A DNA stretch of 64,000 nt from Auanema rhodensis (lineage: Eukaryota; Animalia; Nematoda). Positions 39,011 to 54,795 of this stretch are shown here, one piece after another. Every line of letters begins with the position of its first letter. Position 1 is the first letter of the stretch. The stretch spans positions 19,902,001 to 19,966,000 of the forward strand of contig OZ059899.1 in assembly GCA_964057225.1 (NCBI GenBank), written 5' to 3'. A program made the translations under genes and the position numbers. The notes beneath the pieces are model-generated. The model was given only the letters and a program-made list of their open reading frames with translations. It was not told the origin of the DNA and searched no databases.

Positions 39011-42000
39011 ATGCATTAGTGTATGTTGAGTTTCCATGTACACTCAACATTGCTTCCAAAAACATTTTGACAAAAATTTTTCCGAAAAATTTCAAAATAA
39101 TTTCGCAAAAAGTAGATGTTTTTAGATTCCTTTTTTCAAGGCAAAGACGATGGACAATGTTATTCAACGAAAAAATTAATTCTGCAGGGTGAAAATCGAG
39201 GATATAAGTGTGAACTTATATCAGTTGATATCTCGGTGCATTTTTAAGCTAGCGCAAATCTGATAACACAGATCGACGCAGCTTAAAAATCCGCATCGAA
39301 TGCACTATACTACATTGAAAAACGCTTAATACAAAAATTAGTTATGATCGTTTGAAAAAAGATGCATTAGTGTATGTTGAGTTTCCATGTACACTCAACA
39401 TTGCTTCCAAAAACATTTTGACAAAAATTTTTCCGAAAAATTTCAAAATAATTTCGCAAAAAGTAGATGTTTTTAGATTCCTTTTTTCAAGGCAAAGATG
39501 ATGGACATTGTTATTCAACGAAAAAATTGATTCTGCAGGGTGAAAATCGAGGATATAAGTGTGAACTTATATCAGTTGATATCTCGGTGCATTTTTAAGC
39601 TAGCGCAAATCTGATAACACAGATCGACGCAGCTTAAAAATCCGCATCGAATGCACTATACTACATTGAGAAACGCTTAATACAAAAATTAGTTATGATC
39701 GTTTGAAAAATGATGCATTAGTGTATGTTGAGTTTCCATGTACACTCAACATTGCTTCCAAAAACATTTTTACAAAAATTTTTCCGAAAAATTTCGAAAT
39801 AATTTCGCAAAAAGTAGATGTTTTTAGATTCTTTTTTTCAAGGCAAAGACGATGGACATTGTTATTCAACGAAAAAATTGATTCTGCAGGGTGAAAATCG
39901 AGGATATAAGTGTGAACTTATATCAGTTGATATCTCGGTGCATTTTTAAGCTAACGCAAATCTGATAACACAGCTCGACGCAGCTTAAAAATCCGCATCG
40001 AATGCACTATACAACATTGAGAAACGCTTAATACAAAAATTAGTTATGATCGTTTGAAAAATAATGCATTAGTGTATGTTGAGTTTCCATGTACACTCAA
40101 CATTGCTTCCAAAAACATTTTGACAAAAATTTTTCCAAAAAATTTCAAAATAATTTCGCAAAAAGTAAATGTTTTTAGATTCCTTTCTCCAAGGCAAAGA
40201 CGATGGACAATGTTATTCAACGAAAAAATTAATTCTGCAGGGTGAAAATCGAGGATATAAGTGTGAACTTATATCAGTTGATATCTCGGTGCATTTTTAA
40301 GCTAGCGCAAATCTGATAACACAGATCGACGCAGCTTAAAAATCCGCATCGAATGCACTATACTACATTGAAAAACGCTTAATACAAAAATTAGTTATGA
40401 TCGTTTGAAAAATGATGCATTAGTGTATGTTGAGTTTCCATGTACACTCAACATTGCTTCCAAAAACATTTTTACAAAAATTTTTCCGAAAAATTTCGAA
40501 ATAATTTCGCAAAAAGTAGATGTTTTTAGATTCTTTTTTTCAAGGCAAAGACGATGGACATTGTTATTCAACGAAAAAATTGATTCTGCAGGGTGAAAAT
40601 CGAGGATATAAGTGTGAACTTATATCAGTTGATATCTCGGTGCATTTTTAAGCTAACGCAAATCTGATAACACAGCTCGACGCAGCTTAAAAATCCGCAT
40701 CGAATGCACTATACAACATTGAGAAACGCTTAATACAAAAATTAGTTATGATCGTTTGAAAAAAAATGCATTAGTGTATGTTGAGTTTCCATGTACACTC
40801 AACATTGCTTCCAAAAACATTTTGACAAAAATTTTTCCAAAAAATTTCAAAATAATTTCGCAAAAAGTAAATGTTTTTAGATTCCTTTCTCCAAGGCAAA
40901 GACGATGGACAATGTTATTCAACGAAAAAATTAATTCTGCAGGGTGAAAATCGAGGATATAAGTGTGAACTTATATCAGTTGATGTCTCGGTGCATTTTT
41001 AAGCTAGCGCAAATCTGATAACACAGATCGACGCAGCTTAAAAATCCGCATCGAATGCACTATACTACATTGAAAAACGCTTAATACAAAAATTAGTTAT
41101 GATCGTTTGAAAAAAGATGCATTAGTGTATGTTGAGTTTCCATGTACACTCAACATTGCTTCCAAAAACATTTTGACAAAAATTTTTCCAAAAAATTTCA
41201 AAATAATTTCGCAAAAAGTAAATGTTTTTAGATTCCTTTCTCCAAGGCAAAGACGATGGACAATGTTATTCAACGAAAAAATTAATTCTGCAGGGTGAAA
41301 ATCGAGGATATAAGTGTGAACTTATATCAGTTGATATCTCGGTGCATTTTTAAGCTAGCGCAAATCTGATAACACAGATCGACGCAGCTTAAAAATCCGC
41401 ATCGAATGCACTATACTACATTGAAAAACGCTTAATACAAAAATTAGTTATGATCGTTTGAAAAAAGATGCATTAGTGTATGTTGAGTTTCCATGTACAC
41501 TCAACATTGCTTCCAAAAACATTTTGACAAAAATTTTTCCGAAAAATTTCAAAATAATTTCGCAAAAAGTAGATGTTTTTAGATTCCTTTTTTCAAGGCA
41601 AAGATGATGGACATTGTTATTCAACGAAAAAATTGATTCTGCAGGGTGAAAATCGAGGATATAAGTGTGAACTTATATCAGTTGATATCTCGGTGCATTT
41701 TTAAGCTAGCGCAAATCTGATAACACAGATCGACGCAGCTTAAAAATCCGCATCGAATGCACTATACTACATTGAGAAACGCTTAATACAAAAATTAGTT
41801 ATGATCGTTTGAAAAATGATGCATTAGTGTATGTTGAGTTTCCATGTACACTCAACATTGCTTCCAAAAACATTTTGACAAAAATTTTTCCGAAAAATTT
41901 CAAAATAATTTCGCAAAAAGTAGATGTTTTTAGATTCCTTTTTTCAAGGCAAAGACGATGGACATTGTTATTCAACGAAAAAATTGATTCTGCAGGGTGA

Positions 42001-45000
42001 AAATCGAGGATATAAGTGTGAACTTATATCAGTTGATATCTCGGTGCATTTTTAAGCTAACGCAAATCTGATAACACAGCTCGACGCAGCTTAAAAATCC
42101 GCATCGAATGCACTATACAACATTGAGAAACGCTTAATACAAAAATTAGTTATAATCGTTTGAAAAATGATGCATTAGTGTATGTTGAGTTTCCATGTAC
42201 ACTCAACATTGCTTCCAAAAACATTTTGACAAAAATTTTTCCGAAAAATTTCGAGATAATTTCGCAAAAAGTAGATGTTTTTAGATTTCTTTTTTCAAGG
42301 CAAAGACGATGGACATTGTTATTCAACGAAAAAATTGATTCTGCAGGGTGAAAATCGAGGATATAAGTGTGAACTTATATCAGTTGATATCTCGGTGCAT
42401 TTTTAAGCTAGCGCAAATCTGATAACACAGATCGACGCAGCTTAAGAATCCGCATCGAATGCACTATACAACATTGAGAAACGCTTAATACAAAAATTAG
42501 TTATGATCGTTTGAAAAATGATGCATTAGTGTATGTTGAGTTTCCATGTACACTCAACATTGCTTCCAAAAACATATTTACAAAAATTTTTCCGAAAAAT
42601 TTCAAAATAATTTCGCAAAAAGTAGATGTTTTTAGATTCCTTTTTTCAAGGCAAAGACGATGGACATTGTTATTCAACGAAAAAATTGATTCTGCAGGGT
42701 GAAAATTGAGGATATAAGTGTGAACTTATATCAGTTGATATCTCGGTGCATTTTTAAGCTAACGCAAATCTGATAACACAGCTCGACGCAGCTTAAAAAT
42801 CCGCATCGAATGCACTATACAACATTGAGAAACGCTCAATACAAAAATTAGTTATAATCGTTTGAAAAATGATGCATTAGTGTATGTTGAGTTTCCATGT
42901 ACACTCAACATTGCTTCCAAAAACATTTTGACAAAAATTTTTCCGAAAAATTTCGAGATAATTTCGCAAAAAGTAGATGTTTTTAGATTCCTTTTTTCAA
43001 GGCAAAGACGATGGACATTGTTATTCAACGAAAAAATTGATTCTGCAGGGTGAAAATCGAGGATATAAGTGTGAACTTATATCAGTTGATATCTCGGTGC
43101 ATTTTTAAGCTAGCGCAAATCTGATAACACAGATCGACGCAGCTTAAGAATCCGCATCGAATGCACTATACAACATTGAGAAACGCTTAATACAAAAATT
43201 AGTTATGATCGTTTGAAAAATGATGCATTAGTGTATGTTGAGTTTCCATGTACACTCAACATTGCTTCCAAAAACATTTTTACAAAAATTTTTCCGAAAA
43301 ATTTCGAAATAATTTCGCAAAAAGTAGATGTTTTTAGATTCCTTTTTTCAAGGCAAAGACGATGGACATTGTTATTCAACGAAAAAATTGATTCTGCAGG
43401 GTGAAAATCGAGGATATAAGTGTGAACTTATATCAGTTGATATCTCGGTGCATTTTTAAGCTAGCGCAAATCTAATAACACAGATCGACGCAGCTTAAGA
43501 ATCCGCATCGAATGCACTATACAACATTGAGAAACGCTTAATACAAAAATAAGTTATGATCGTTTGAAAAATGATGCATTAGTGTATGTTGAGTTTCCAT
43601 GTACACTCAACATTGCTTCCAAAAACATTTTTACAAAAATTTTTCCGAAAACTTTCAAAATAATTTCGCAAAAAGTAGATGTTTTTAGATTCCTTTTTCC
43701 AAGGCAAAGACGATGGACATTGTTATTCAACGAAAAAATTGATTCTGCAGGGTGAAAATCGAGGATATAAGTGTGAACTTATATCAGTTGATATCTCGGT
43801 GCATTTTTAAGCTAACGCAAATCTGATAACACAGCTCGACGCAGCTTAAAAATCCGCATCGAATGCACTATACAACATTGAGAAACGCTTAATACAAAAA
43901 TTAGTTATAATCGTTTGAAAAATGATGCATTAGTGTATGTTGAGTTTCCATGTACACTCAACATTGCTTCCAAAAACATTTTGACAAAAATTTTTCCGAA
44001 AAATTTCGAGATAATTTCGCAAAAAGTAGATGTTTTTAGATTCCTTTTTTCAAGGCAAAGACGATGGACATTGTTATTCAACGAAAAAATTGATTCTGCA
44101 GGGTGAAAATCGAGGATATAAGTGTGAACTTATATCAGTTGATATCTCGGTGCATTTTTAAGCTAGCGCAAATCTGATAACACAGATCGACGCAGCTTAA
44201 GAATCCGCATCGAATGCACTATACAACATTGAGGAACGCTTAATACAAAAATTAGTTATGATCGTTTGAAAAATGATGCATTAGTGTATGTTGAGTTTCC
44301 ATGTACACTCAACATTGCTTCCAAAAACATATTTACAAAAATTTTTCCGAAAAATTTCGAAATAATTTCGCAAAAAGTAGATGTTTTTAGATTCCTTTTT
44401 TCAAGGCAAAGACGATGGACATTGTTATTCAACGAAAAAATTGATTCTGCAGGGTGAAAATCGAGGATATAAGTGTGAACTTATATCAGTTGATATCTCG
44501 GTGCATTTTTAAGCTAGCGCAAATCTAATAACACAGATCGACGCAGCTTAAAAATTCGCATCGAATGCACTATACTGCATTGAGAAACGCTTAATACAAA
44601 AGTTAGTTATGATCGTTTGAAAAAAGATGCATTAGTGTATGTTGAGTTTCCATGTACACTCAACATTGCTTCCAAAAACATTTTGACAAAAATTTTTCCG
44701 AAAAATTTCGAAATAATTTCGCAAAAAGTAGATGTTTTCAGATTCCTTTTTTCAAGGCAAAGACGATGGACATTGTTATTCAACGAAAAAATTGATTCTG
44801 CAGGGTGAAAATCGAGGATATAAGTGTGAACTTATATCAGTTGATATCTCGGTGCATTTTTAAGCTAACGCAAATCTGATAACACAGCTCGACGCAGCTT
44901 AAAAATCCGCATCGAATGCACTATACAACATTGAGAAACGCTTAATACAAAAATTAGTTATAATCGTTTGAAAAATGATGCATTAGTGTATGTTGAGTTT

Positions 45001-48000
45001 CCATGTACACTCAACATTGCTTCCAAAAACATTTTGACAAAAATTTTTCCGAAAAATTTCGAGATAATTTCGCAAAAAGTAGATGTTTTTAGATTTCTTT
45101 TTTCAAGGCAAAGACGATGGACATTGTTATTCAACGAAAAAATTGATTCTGCAGGGTGAAAATCGAGGATATAAGTGTGAACTTATATCAGTTGATATCT
45201 CGGTGCATTTTTAAGCTAGCGCAAATCTGATAACACAGATCGACGCAGCTTAAGAATCCGCATCGAATGCACTATACAACATTGAGAAACGCTTAATACA
45301 AAAATTAGTTATGATCGTTTGAAAAATGATGCATTAGTGTATGTTGAGTTTCCATGTACACTCAACATTGCTTCCAAAAACATATTTACAAAAATTTTTC
45401 CGAAAAATTTCAAAATAATTTCGCAAAAAGTAGATGTTTTTAGATTCCTTTTTTCAAGGCAAAGACGATGGACATTGTTATTCAACGAAAAAATTGATTC
45501 TGCAGGGTGAAAATTGAGGATATAAGTGTGAACTTATATCAGTTGATATCTCGGTGCATTTTTAAGCTAACGCAAATCTGATAACACAGCTCGACGCAGC
45601 TTAAAAATCCGCATCGAATGCACTATACAACATTGAGAAACGCTTAATACAAAAATTAGTTATAATCGTTTGAAAAATGATGCATTAGTGTATGTTGAGT
45701 TTCCATGTACACTCAACATTGCTTCCAAAAACATTTTGACAAAAATTTTTCCGAAAAATTTCGAGATAATTTCGCAAAAAGTAGATGTTTTTAGATTCCT
45801 TTTTTCAAGGCAAAGACGATGGACATTGTTATTCAACGAAAAAATTGATTCTGCAGGGTGAAAATCGAGGATATAAGTGTGAACTTATATCAGTTGATAT
45901 CTCGGTGCATTTTTAAGCTAGCGCAAATCTAATAACACAGATCGACGCAGCTTAAGAATCCGCATCGAATGCACTATACAACATTGAGAAACGCTTAATA
46001 CAAAAATAAGTTATGATCGTTTGAAAAATGATGCATTAGTGTATGTTGAGTTTCCATGTACACTCAACATTGCTTCCAAAAACATTTTTACAAAAATTTT
46101 TCCGAAAACTTTCAAAATAATTTCGCAAAAAGTAGATGTTTTTAGATTCCTTTTTCCAAGGCAAAGACGATGGACATTGTTATTCAACGAAAAAATTGAT
46201 TCTGCAGGGTGAAAATCGAGGATATAAGTGTGAACTTATATCAGTTGATATCTCGGTGCATTTTTAAGCTAACGCAAATCTGATAACACAGCTCGACGCA
46301 GCTTAAAAATCCGCATCGAATGCACTATACAACATTGAGAAACGCTTAATACAAAAATTAGTTATAATCGTTTGAAAAATGATGCATTAGTGTATGTTGA
46401 GTTTCCATGTACACTCAACATTGCTTCCAAAAACATTTTGACAAAAATTTTTCCGAAAAATTTCGAGATAATTTCGCAAAAAGTAGATGTTTTTAGATTC
46501 CTTTTTTCAAGGCAAAGACGATGGACATTGTTATTCAACGAAAAAATTGATTCTGCAGGGTGAAAATCGAGGATATAAGTGTGAACTTATATCAGTTGAT
46601 ATCTCGGTGCATTTTTAAGCTAGCGCAAATCTGATAACACAGATCGACGCAGCTTAAGAATCCGCATCGAATGCACTATACAACATTGAGAAACGCTTAA
46701 TACAAAAATTAGTTATGATCGTTTGAAAAATGATGCATTAGTGTATGTTGAGTTTCCATGTACACTCAACATTGCTTCCAAAAACATTTTTACAAAAATT
46801 TTTCCGAAAAATTTCGAAATAATTTCGCAAAAAGTAGATGTTTTTAGATTCCTTTTTTCAAGGCAAAGACGATGGACATTGTTATTCAACGAAAAAATTG
46901 ATTCTGCAGGGTGAAAATCGAGGATATAAGTGTGAACTTATATCAGTTGATATCTCGGTGCATTTTTAAGCTAGCGCAAATCTAATAACACAGATCGACG
47001 CAGCTTAAAAATTCGCATCGAATGCACTATACTGCATTGAGAAACGCTTAATACAAAAGTTAGTTATGATCGTTTGAAAAAAGATGCATTAGTGTATGTT
47101 GAGTTTCCATGTACACTCAACATTGCTTCCAAAAACATTTTTACAAAAATTTTTCCGAAAAATTTCGAAATAATTTCGCAAAAAGTAGATGTTTTTAGAT
47201 TCCTTTTTTCAAGGCAAAGACGATGGACATTGTTATTCAACGAAAAAATTGATTCTGCAGGGTGAAAATCGAGGATATAAGTGTGAACTTATATCAGTTG
47301 ATATCTCGGTGCATTTTTAAGCTAGCGCAAATCTGATAACACAGATCGACGCAGCTTAAGAATCCGCATCGAATGCACTATACAACATTGAGAAACGCTT
47401 AATACAAAAATTAGTTATGATCGTTTGAAAAATGATGCATTAGTGTATGTTGAGTTTCCATGTACACTCAACATTGCTTCCAAAAACATTTTTACAAAAA
47501 TTTTTCCGAAAAATTTCGAAATAATTTCGCAAAAAGTAGATGTTTTTAGATTCCTTTTTCCAAGGCAAAGACGATGGACATTGTTATTCAACGAAAAAAT
47601 TGATTCTGCAGGGTGAAAATCGAGGATATAAGTGTGAACTTATATCAGTTGATATCTCGGTGCATTTTTAAGCTAACGCAAATCTGATAACACAGCTCGA
47701 CGCAGCTTAAAAATCCGCATCGAATGCACTATACAACATTGAGAAACGCTTAATACAAAAATTAGTTATAATCGTTTGAAAAATGATGCATTAGTGTATG
47801 TTGAGTTTCCATGTACACTCAACATTGCTTCCAAAAACATTTTGACAAAAATTTTTCCGAAAAATTTCGAGATAATTTCGCAAAAAGTAGATGTTTTTAG
47901 ATTCCTTTTTTCAAGGCAAAGACGATGGACATTGTTATTCAACGAAAAAATTGATTCTGCAGGGTGAAAATCGAGGATATAAGTGTGAACTTATATCAGT

Positions 48001-48126
48001 TGATATCTCGGTGCATTTTTAAGCTAGCGCAAATCTGATAACACAGATCGACGCAGCTTAAGAATCCGCATCGAATGCACTATACAACATTGAGAAACGC
48101 TTAATACAAAAATTAGTTATGATCGT

Positions 48127-51100
48127 TTGAAAAATGATGCATTAGTGTATGTTGAGTTTCCATGTACACTCAACATTGCTTCCAAAAACATTTTTACAAA
48201 AATTTTTCCGAAAAATTTCGAAATAATTTCGCAAAAAGTAGATGTTTTTAGATTCCTTTTTTCAAGGCAAAGACGATGGACATTGTTATTCAACGAAAAA
48301 ATTGATTCTGCAGGGTGAAAATCGAGGATATAAGTGTGAACTTATATCAGTTGATATCTCGGTGCATTTTTAAGCTAGCGCAAATCTAATAACACAGATC
48401 GACGCAGCTTAAAAATTCGCATCGAATGCACTATACTGCATTGAGAAACGCTTAATACAAAAGTTAGTTATGATCGTTTGAAAAAAGATGCATTAGTGTA
48501 TGTTGAGTTTCCATGTACACTCAACATTGCTTCCAAAAACATTTTTACAAAAATTTTTCCGAAAAATTTCGAAATAATTTCGCAAAAAGTAGATGTTTTT
48601 AGATTCCTTTTTTCAAGGCAAAGACGATGGACATTGTTATTCAACGAAAAAATTGATTCTGCAGGGTGAAAATCGAGGATATAAGTGTGAACTTATATCA
48701 GTTGATATCTCGGTGCATTTTTAAGCTAGCGCAAATCTGATAACACAGATCGACGCAGCTTAAAAATCCGCATCGAATGCACTATACAACATTGAGAAAC
48801 GCTTAACACAAAAATTAGTTATGATCGTTTGAAAAATGATGCATTAGTGTATGTTGAGTTTCCATGTACACTCAACATTGCTTCCAAAAACATTTTGACA
48901 AAAATTTTTCCGAAAAATTTCGAAATAATTTCGCAAAAAGTAGATGTTTTCAGATTCCTTTTTTCAAGGCAAAGACGATGGACATTGTTATTCAACGAAA
49001 AAATTGATTCTGCAGGGTGAAAATCGAGGATATAAGTGTGAACTTATATCAGTTGATATCTCGGTGCATTTTTAAGCTAGCGCAAATCTGATAACACAGC
49101 TCGACGCAGCTTAAAAATCCGCATCGAATGCACTATACAACATTGAGAAACGCTTAATACAAAAATTAGTTATAATCGTTTGAAAAATGATGCATTAGTG
49201 TATGTTGAGTTTCCATGTACACTCAACATTGCTTCCAAAAACATTTTGACAAAAATTTTTCCGAAAAATTTCGAAATAATTTCGCAAAAAGTAGATGTTT
49301 TCAGATTCCTTTTTTCAAGGCAAAGACGATGGACATTGTTATTCAACGAAAAAATTGATTCTGCAGGGTGAAAATCGAGGATATAAGTGTGAACTTATAT
49401 CAGTTGATATCTCGGTGCATTTTTAAGCTAGCGCAAATCTGATAACACAGCTCGACGCAGCTTAAAAATCCGCATCGAATGCACTATACTACATTGAAAA
49501 ACGCTTAATACAAAAATTAGTTATGATCGTTTGAAAAATGATGCATTAGTGTATGTTGAGTTTCCATGTACACTCAACATTGCTTCCAAAAACATTTTGA
49601 CAAAAATTTTTCCGAAAAATTTCGAAATAATTTCGCAAAAAGTAGATGTTTTCAGATTCCTTTTTTCAAGGCAAAGACGATGGACATTGTTATTCAACGA
49701 AAAAATTGATTCTGCAGGGTGAAAATCGAGGATATAAGTGTGAACTTATATCAGTTGATATCTCGGTGCATTTTTAAGCTAGCGCAAATCTGATAACACA
49801 GCTCGACGCAGCTTAAAAATCCGCATCGAATGCACTATACTACATTGAAAAACGCTTAATACAAAAATTAGTTATGATCGTTTGAAAAATGATGCATTAG
49901 TGTATGTTGAGTTTCCATGTACACTCAACATTGCTTCCAAAAACATTTTGACAAAAATTTTTCCAAAAAATTTCAAAATAATTTCGCAAAAAGTAAATGT
50001 TTTTAGATTCCTTTCTCCAAGGCAAAGACGATGGACAATGTTATTCAACGAGAAAATTAATTCTGCAGGGTGAAAATCGAGGATATAAGTGTGAATTTAT
50101 ATCAGTTGATATCTCGGTGCATTTTTAAGCTAGCGCAAATCTGATAACACAGATCGACGCAGCTTAAAAATCCGCATCGAATGCACTATACTACATTGAG
50201 AAACGCTTGATACAAAAATTAGTTATGATCGTTTGAAAAAAGATGCATTAGTGTATGTTGAGTTTCCATGTACACTCAACATTGCTTCCAAAAACATTTT
50301 GACAAAAATTTTTCCGAAAAATTTCGAAATAATTTCGCAAAAAGTAGATGTTTTCAGATTCCTTTTTTCAAGGCAAAGACGATGGACATTGTTATTCAAC
50401 GAAAAAATTGATTCTGCAGGGTGAAAATCGAGGATATAAGTGTGAACTTATATCAGTTGATATCTCGGTGCATTTTTAAGCTAGCGCAAATCTGATAACA
50501 CAGCTCGACGCAGCTTAAAAATCCGCATCGAATGCACTATACAACATTGAGAAACGCTTAATACAAAAATTAGTTATAATCGTTTGAAAAATGATGCATT
50601 AGTGTATGTTGAGTTTCCATGTACACTCAACATTGCTTCCAAAAACATTTTTACAAAAATTTTTCCGAAAAATTTCGAAATAATTTCGCAAAAAGTAGAT
50701 GTTTTTAGATTCCTTTTTTCAAGGCAAAGACGATGGACATTGTTATTCAACGAAAAAATTGATTCTGCAGGGTGAAAATCGAGGATATAAGTGTGAACTT
50801 ATATCAGTTGATATCTCGGTGCATTTTTAAGCTAGCGCAAATCTGATAACACAGATCGACGCAGCTTAAGAATCCGCATCGAATGCACTATACAACATTG
50901 AGAAACGCTTAATACAAAAATTAGTTATGATCGTTTGAAAAATGATGCATTAGTGTATGTTGAGTTTCCATGTACACTCAACATTGCTTCCAAAAACATT
51001 TTTACAAAAATTTTTCCGAAAAATTTCGAAATAATTTCGCAAAAAGTAGATGTTTTTAGATTCCTTTTTTCAAGGCAAAGACGATGGACATTGTTATTCA

Positions 51101-54100
51101 ACGAAAAAATTGATTCTGCAGGGTGAAAATCGAGGATATAAGTGTGAACTTATATCAGTTGATATCTCGGTGCATTTTTAAGCTAGCGCAAATCTAATAA
51201 CACAGATCGACGCAGCTTAAAAATTCGCATCGAATGCACTATACTGCATTGAGAAACGCTTAATACAAAAGTTAGTTATGATCGTTTGAAAAAAGATGCA
51301 TTAGTGTATGTTGAGTTTCCATGTACACTCAACATTGCTTCCAAAAACATTTTTACAAAAATTTTTCCGAAAAATTTCGAAATAATTTCGCAAAAAGTAG
51401 ATGTTTTTAGATTCCTTTTTTCAAGGCAAAGACGATGGACATTGTTATTCAACGAAAAAATTGATTCTGCAGGGTGAAAATCGAGGATATAAGTGTGAAC
51501 TTATATCAGTTGATATCTCGGTGCATTTTTAAGCTAGCGCAAATCTGATAACACAGATCGACGCAGCTTAAAAATCCGCATCGAATGCACTATACAACAT
51601 TGAGAAACGCTTAACACAAAAATTAGTTATGATCGTTTGAAAAATGATGCATTAGTGTATGTTGAGTTTCCATGTACACTCAACATTGCTTCCAAAAACA
51701 TTTTGACAAAAATTTTTCCGAAAAATTTCGAAATAATTTCGCAAAAAGTAGATGTTTTCAGATTCCTTTTTTCAAGGCAAAGACGATGGACATTGTTATT
51801 CAACGAAAAAATTGATTCTGCAGGGTGAAAATCGAGGATATAAGTGTGAACTTATATCAGTTGATATCTCGGTGCATTTTTAAGCTAGCGCAAATCTGAT
51901 AACACAGCTCGACGCAGCTTAAAAATCCGCATCGAATGCACTATACAACATTGAGAAACGCTTAATACAAAAATTAGTTATAATCGTTTGAAAAATGATG
52001 CATTAGTGTATGTTGAGTTTCCATGTACACTCAACATTGCTTCCAAAAACATTTTGACAAAAATTTTTCCGAAAAATTTCGAAATAATTTCGCAAAAAGT
52101 AGATGTTTTCAGATTCCTTTTTTCAAGGCAAAGACGATGGACATTGTTATTCAACGAAAAAATTGATTCTGCAGGGTGAAAATCGAGGATATAAGTGTGA
52201 ACTTATATCAGTTGATATCTCGGTGCATTTTTAAGCTAGCGCAAATCTGATAACACAGCTCGACGCAGCTTAAAAATCCGCATCGAATGCACTATACTAC
52301 ATTGAAAAACGCTTAATACAAAAATTAGTTATGATCGTTTGAAAAATGATGCATTAGTGTATGTTGAGTTTCCATGTACACTCAACATTGCTTCCAAAAA
52401 CATTTTGACAAAAATTTTTCCGAAAAATTTCGAAATAATTTCGCAAAAAGTAGATGTTTTCAGATTCCTTTTTTCAAGGCAAAGACGATGGACATTGTTA
52501 TTCAACGAAAAAATTGATTCTGCAGGGTGAAAATCGAGGATATAAGTGTGAACTTATATCAGTTGATATCTCGGTGCATTTTTAAGCTAGCGCAAATCTG
52601 ATAACACAGCTCGACGCAGCTTAAAAATCCGCATCGAATGCACTATACTACATTGAAAAACGCTTAATACAAAAATTAGTTATGATCGTTTGAAAAATGA
52701 TGCATTAGTGTATGTTGAGTTTCCATGTACACTCAACATTGCTTCCAAAAACATTTTGACAAAAATTTTTCCAAAAAATTTCAAAATAATTTCGCAAAAA
52801 GTAAATGTTTTTAGATTCCTTTCTCCAAGGCAAAGACGATGGACAATGTTATTCAACGAGAAAATTAATTCTGCAGGGTGAAAATCGAGGATATAAGTGT
52901 GAATTTATATCAGTTGATATCTCGGTGCATTTTTAAGCTAGCGCAAATCTGATAACACAGATCGACGCAGCTTAAAAATCCGCATCGAATGCACTATACT
53001 ACATTGAGAAACGCTTGATACAAAAATTAGTTATGATCGTTTGAAAAAAGATGCATTAGTGTATGTTGAGTTTCCATGTACACTCAACATTGCTTCCAAA
53101 AACATTTTGACAAAAATTTTTCCGAAAAATTTCGAAATAATTTCGCAAAAAGTAGATGTTTTCAGATTCCTTTTTTCAAGGCAAAGACGATGGACATTGT
53201 TATTCAACGAAAAAATTGATTCTGCAGGGTGAAAATCGAGGATATAAGTGTGAACTTATATCAGTTGATATCTCGGTGCATTTTTAAGCTAGCGCAAATC
53301 TGATAACACAGCTCGACGCAGCTTAAAAATCCGCATCGAATGCACTATACAACATTGAGAAACGCTTAATACAAAAATTAGTTATAATCGTTTGAAAAAT
53401 GATGCATTAGTGTATGTTGAGTTTCCATGTACACTCAACATTGCTTCCAAAAACATTTTTACAAAAATTTTTCCGAAAAATTTCGAAATAATTTCGCAAA
53501 AAGTAGATGTTTTTAGATTCCTTTTTTCAAGGCAAAGACGATGGACATTGTTATTCAACGAAAAAATTGATTCTGCAGGGTGAAAATCGAGGATATAAGT
53601 GTGAACTTATATCAGTTGATATCTCGGTGCATTTTTAAGCTAGCGCAAATCTGATAACACAGATCGACGCAGCTTAAGAATCCGCATCGAATGCACTATA
53701 CAACATTGAGAAACGCTTAATACAAAAATTAGTTATGATCGTTTGAAAAATGATGCATTAGTGTATGTTGAGTTTCCATGTACACTCAACATTGCTTCCA
53801 AAAACATTTTTACAAAAATTTTTCCGAAAAATTTCGAAATAATTTCGCAAAAAGTAGATGTTTTTAGATTCCTTTTTTCAAGGCAAAGACGATGGACATT
53901 GTTATTCAACAAAAAAATTGATTCTGCAGGGTGAAAATCGAGGATATAAGTGTGAACTTATATCAGTTGATATCTCGGTGCATTTTTAAGCTAGCGCAAA
54001 TCTAATAACACAGATCGACGCAGCTTAAAAATTCGCATCGAATGCACTATACTGCATTGAGAAACGCTTAATACAAAAGTTAGTTATGATCGTTTGAAAA

Positions 54101-54795
54101 AAGATGCATTAGTGTATGTTGAGTTTCCATGTACACTCAACATTGCTTCCAAAAACATTTTTACAAAAATTTTTCCGAAAAATTTCGAAATAATTTCGCA
54201 AAAAGTAGATGTTTTTAGATTCCTTTTTTCAAGGCAAAGACGATGGACATTGTTATTCAACGAAAAAATTGATTCTGCAGGGTGAAAATCGAGGATATAA
54301 GTGTGAACTTATATCAGTTGATATCTCGGTGCATTTTTAAGCTAGCGCAAATCTGATAACACAGATCGACGCAGCTTAAAAATCCGCATCGAATGCACTA
54401 TACAACATTGAGAAACGCTTAACACAAAAATTAGTTATGATCGTTTGAAAAATGATGCATTAGTGTATGTTGAGTTTCCATGTACACTCAACATTGCTTC
54501 CAAAAACATTTTGACAAAAATTTTTCCGAAAAATTTCGAAATAATTTCGCAAAAAGTAGATGTTTTCAGATTCCTTTTTTCAAGGCAAAGACGATGGACA
54601 TTGTTATTCAACGAAAAAATTGATTCTGCAGGGTGAAAATCGAGGATATAAGTGTGAACTTATATCAGTTGATATCTCGGTGCATTTTTAAGCTAGCGCA
54701 AATCTGATAACACAGATCGACGCAGCTTAAGAATCCGCATCGAATGCACTATACAACATTGAGAAACGCTTAATACAAAAATTAGTTATGATCGT
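48127..54795 (+). repeat. 8-monomer higher-order repeat (2808 bp), about 2.4 tandem copies
   Basis: The order of monomer variants repeats with a 2808-bp period (48478/51286/54094; 49882/52690; 50233/53041). Confidence 0.85.

Noticed and set aside
30212-39043. Minus-strand and 69-aa ORFs at the rearranged units
   Set aside because: Created by the inversion junctions of non-coding satellite.
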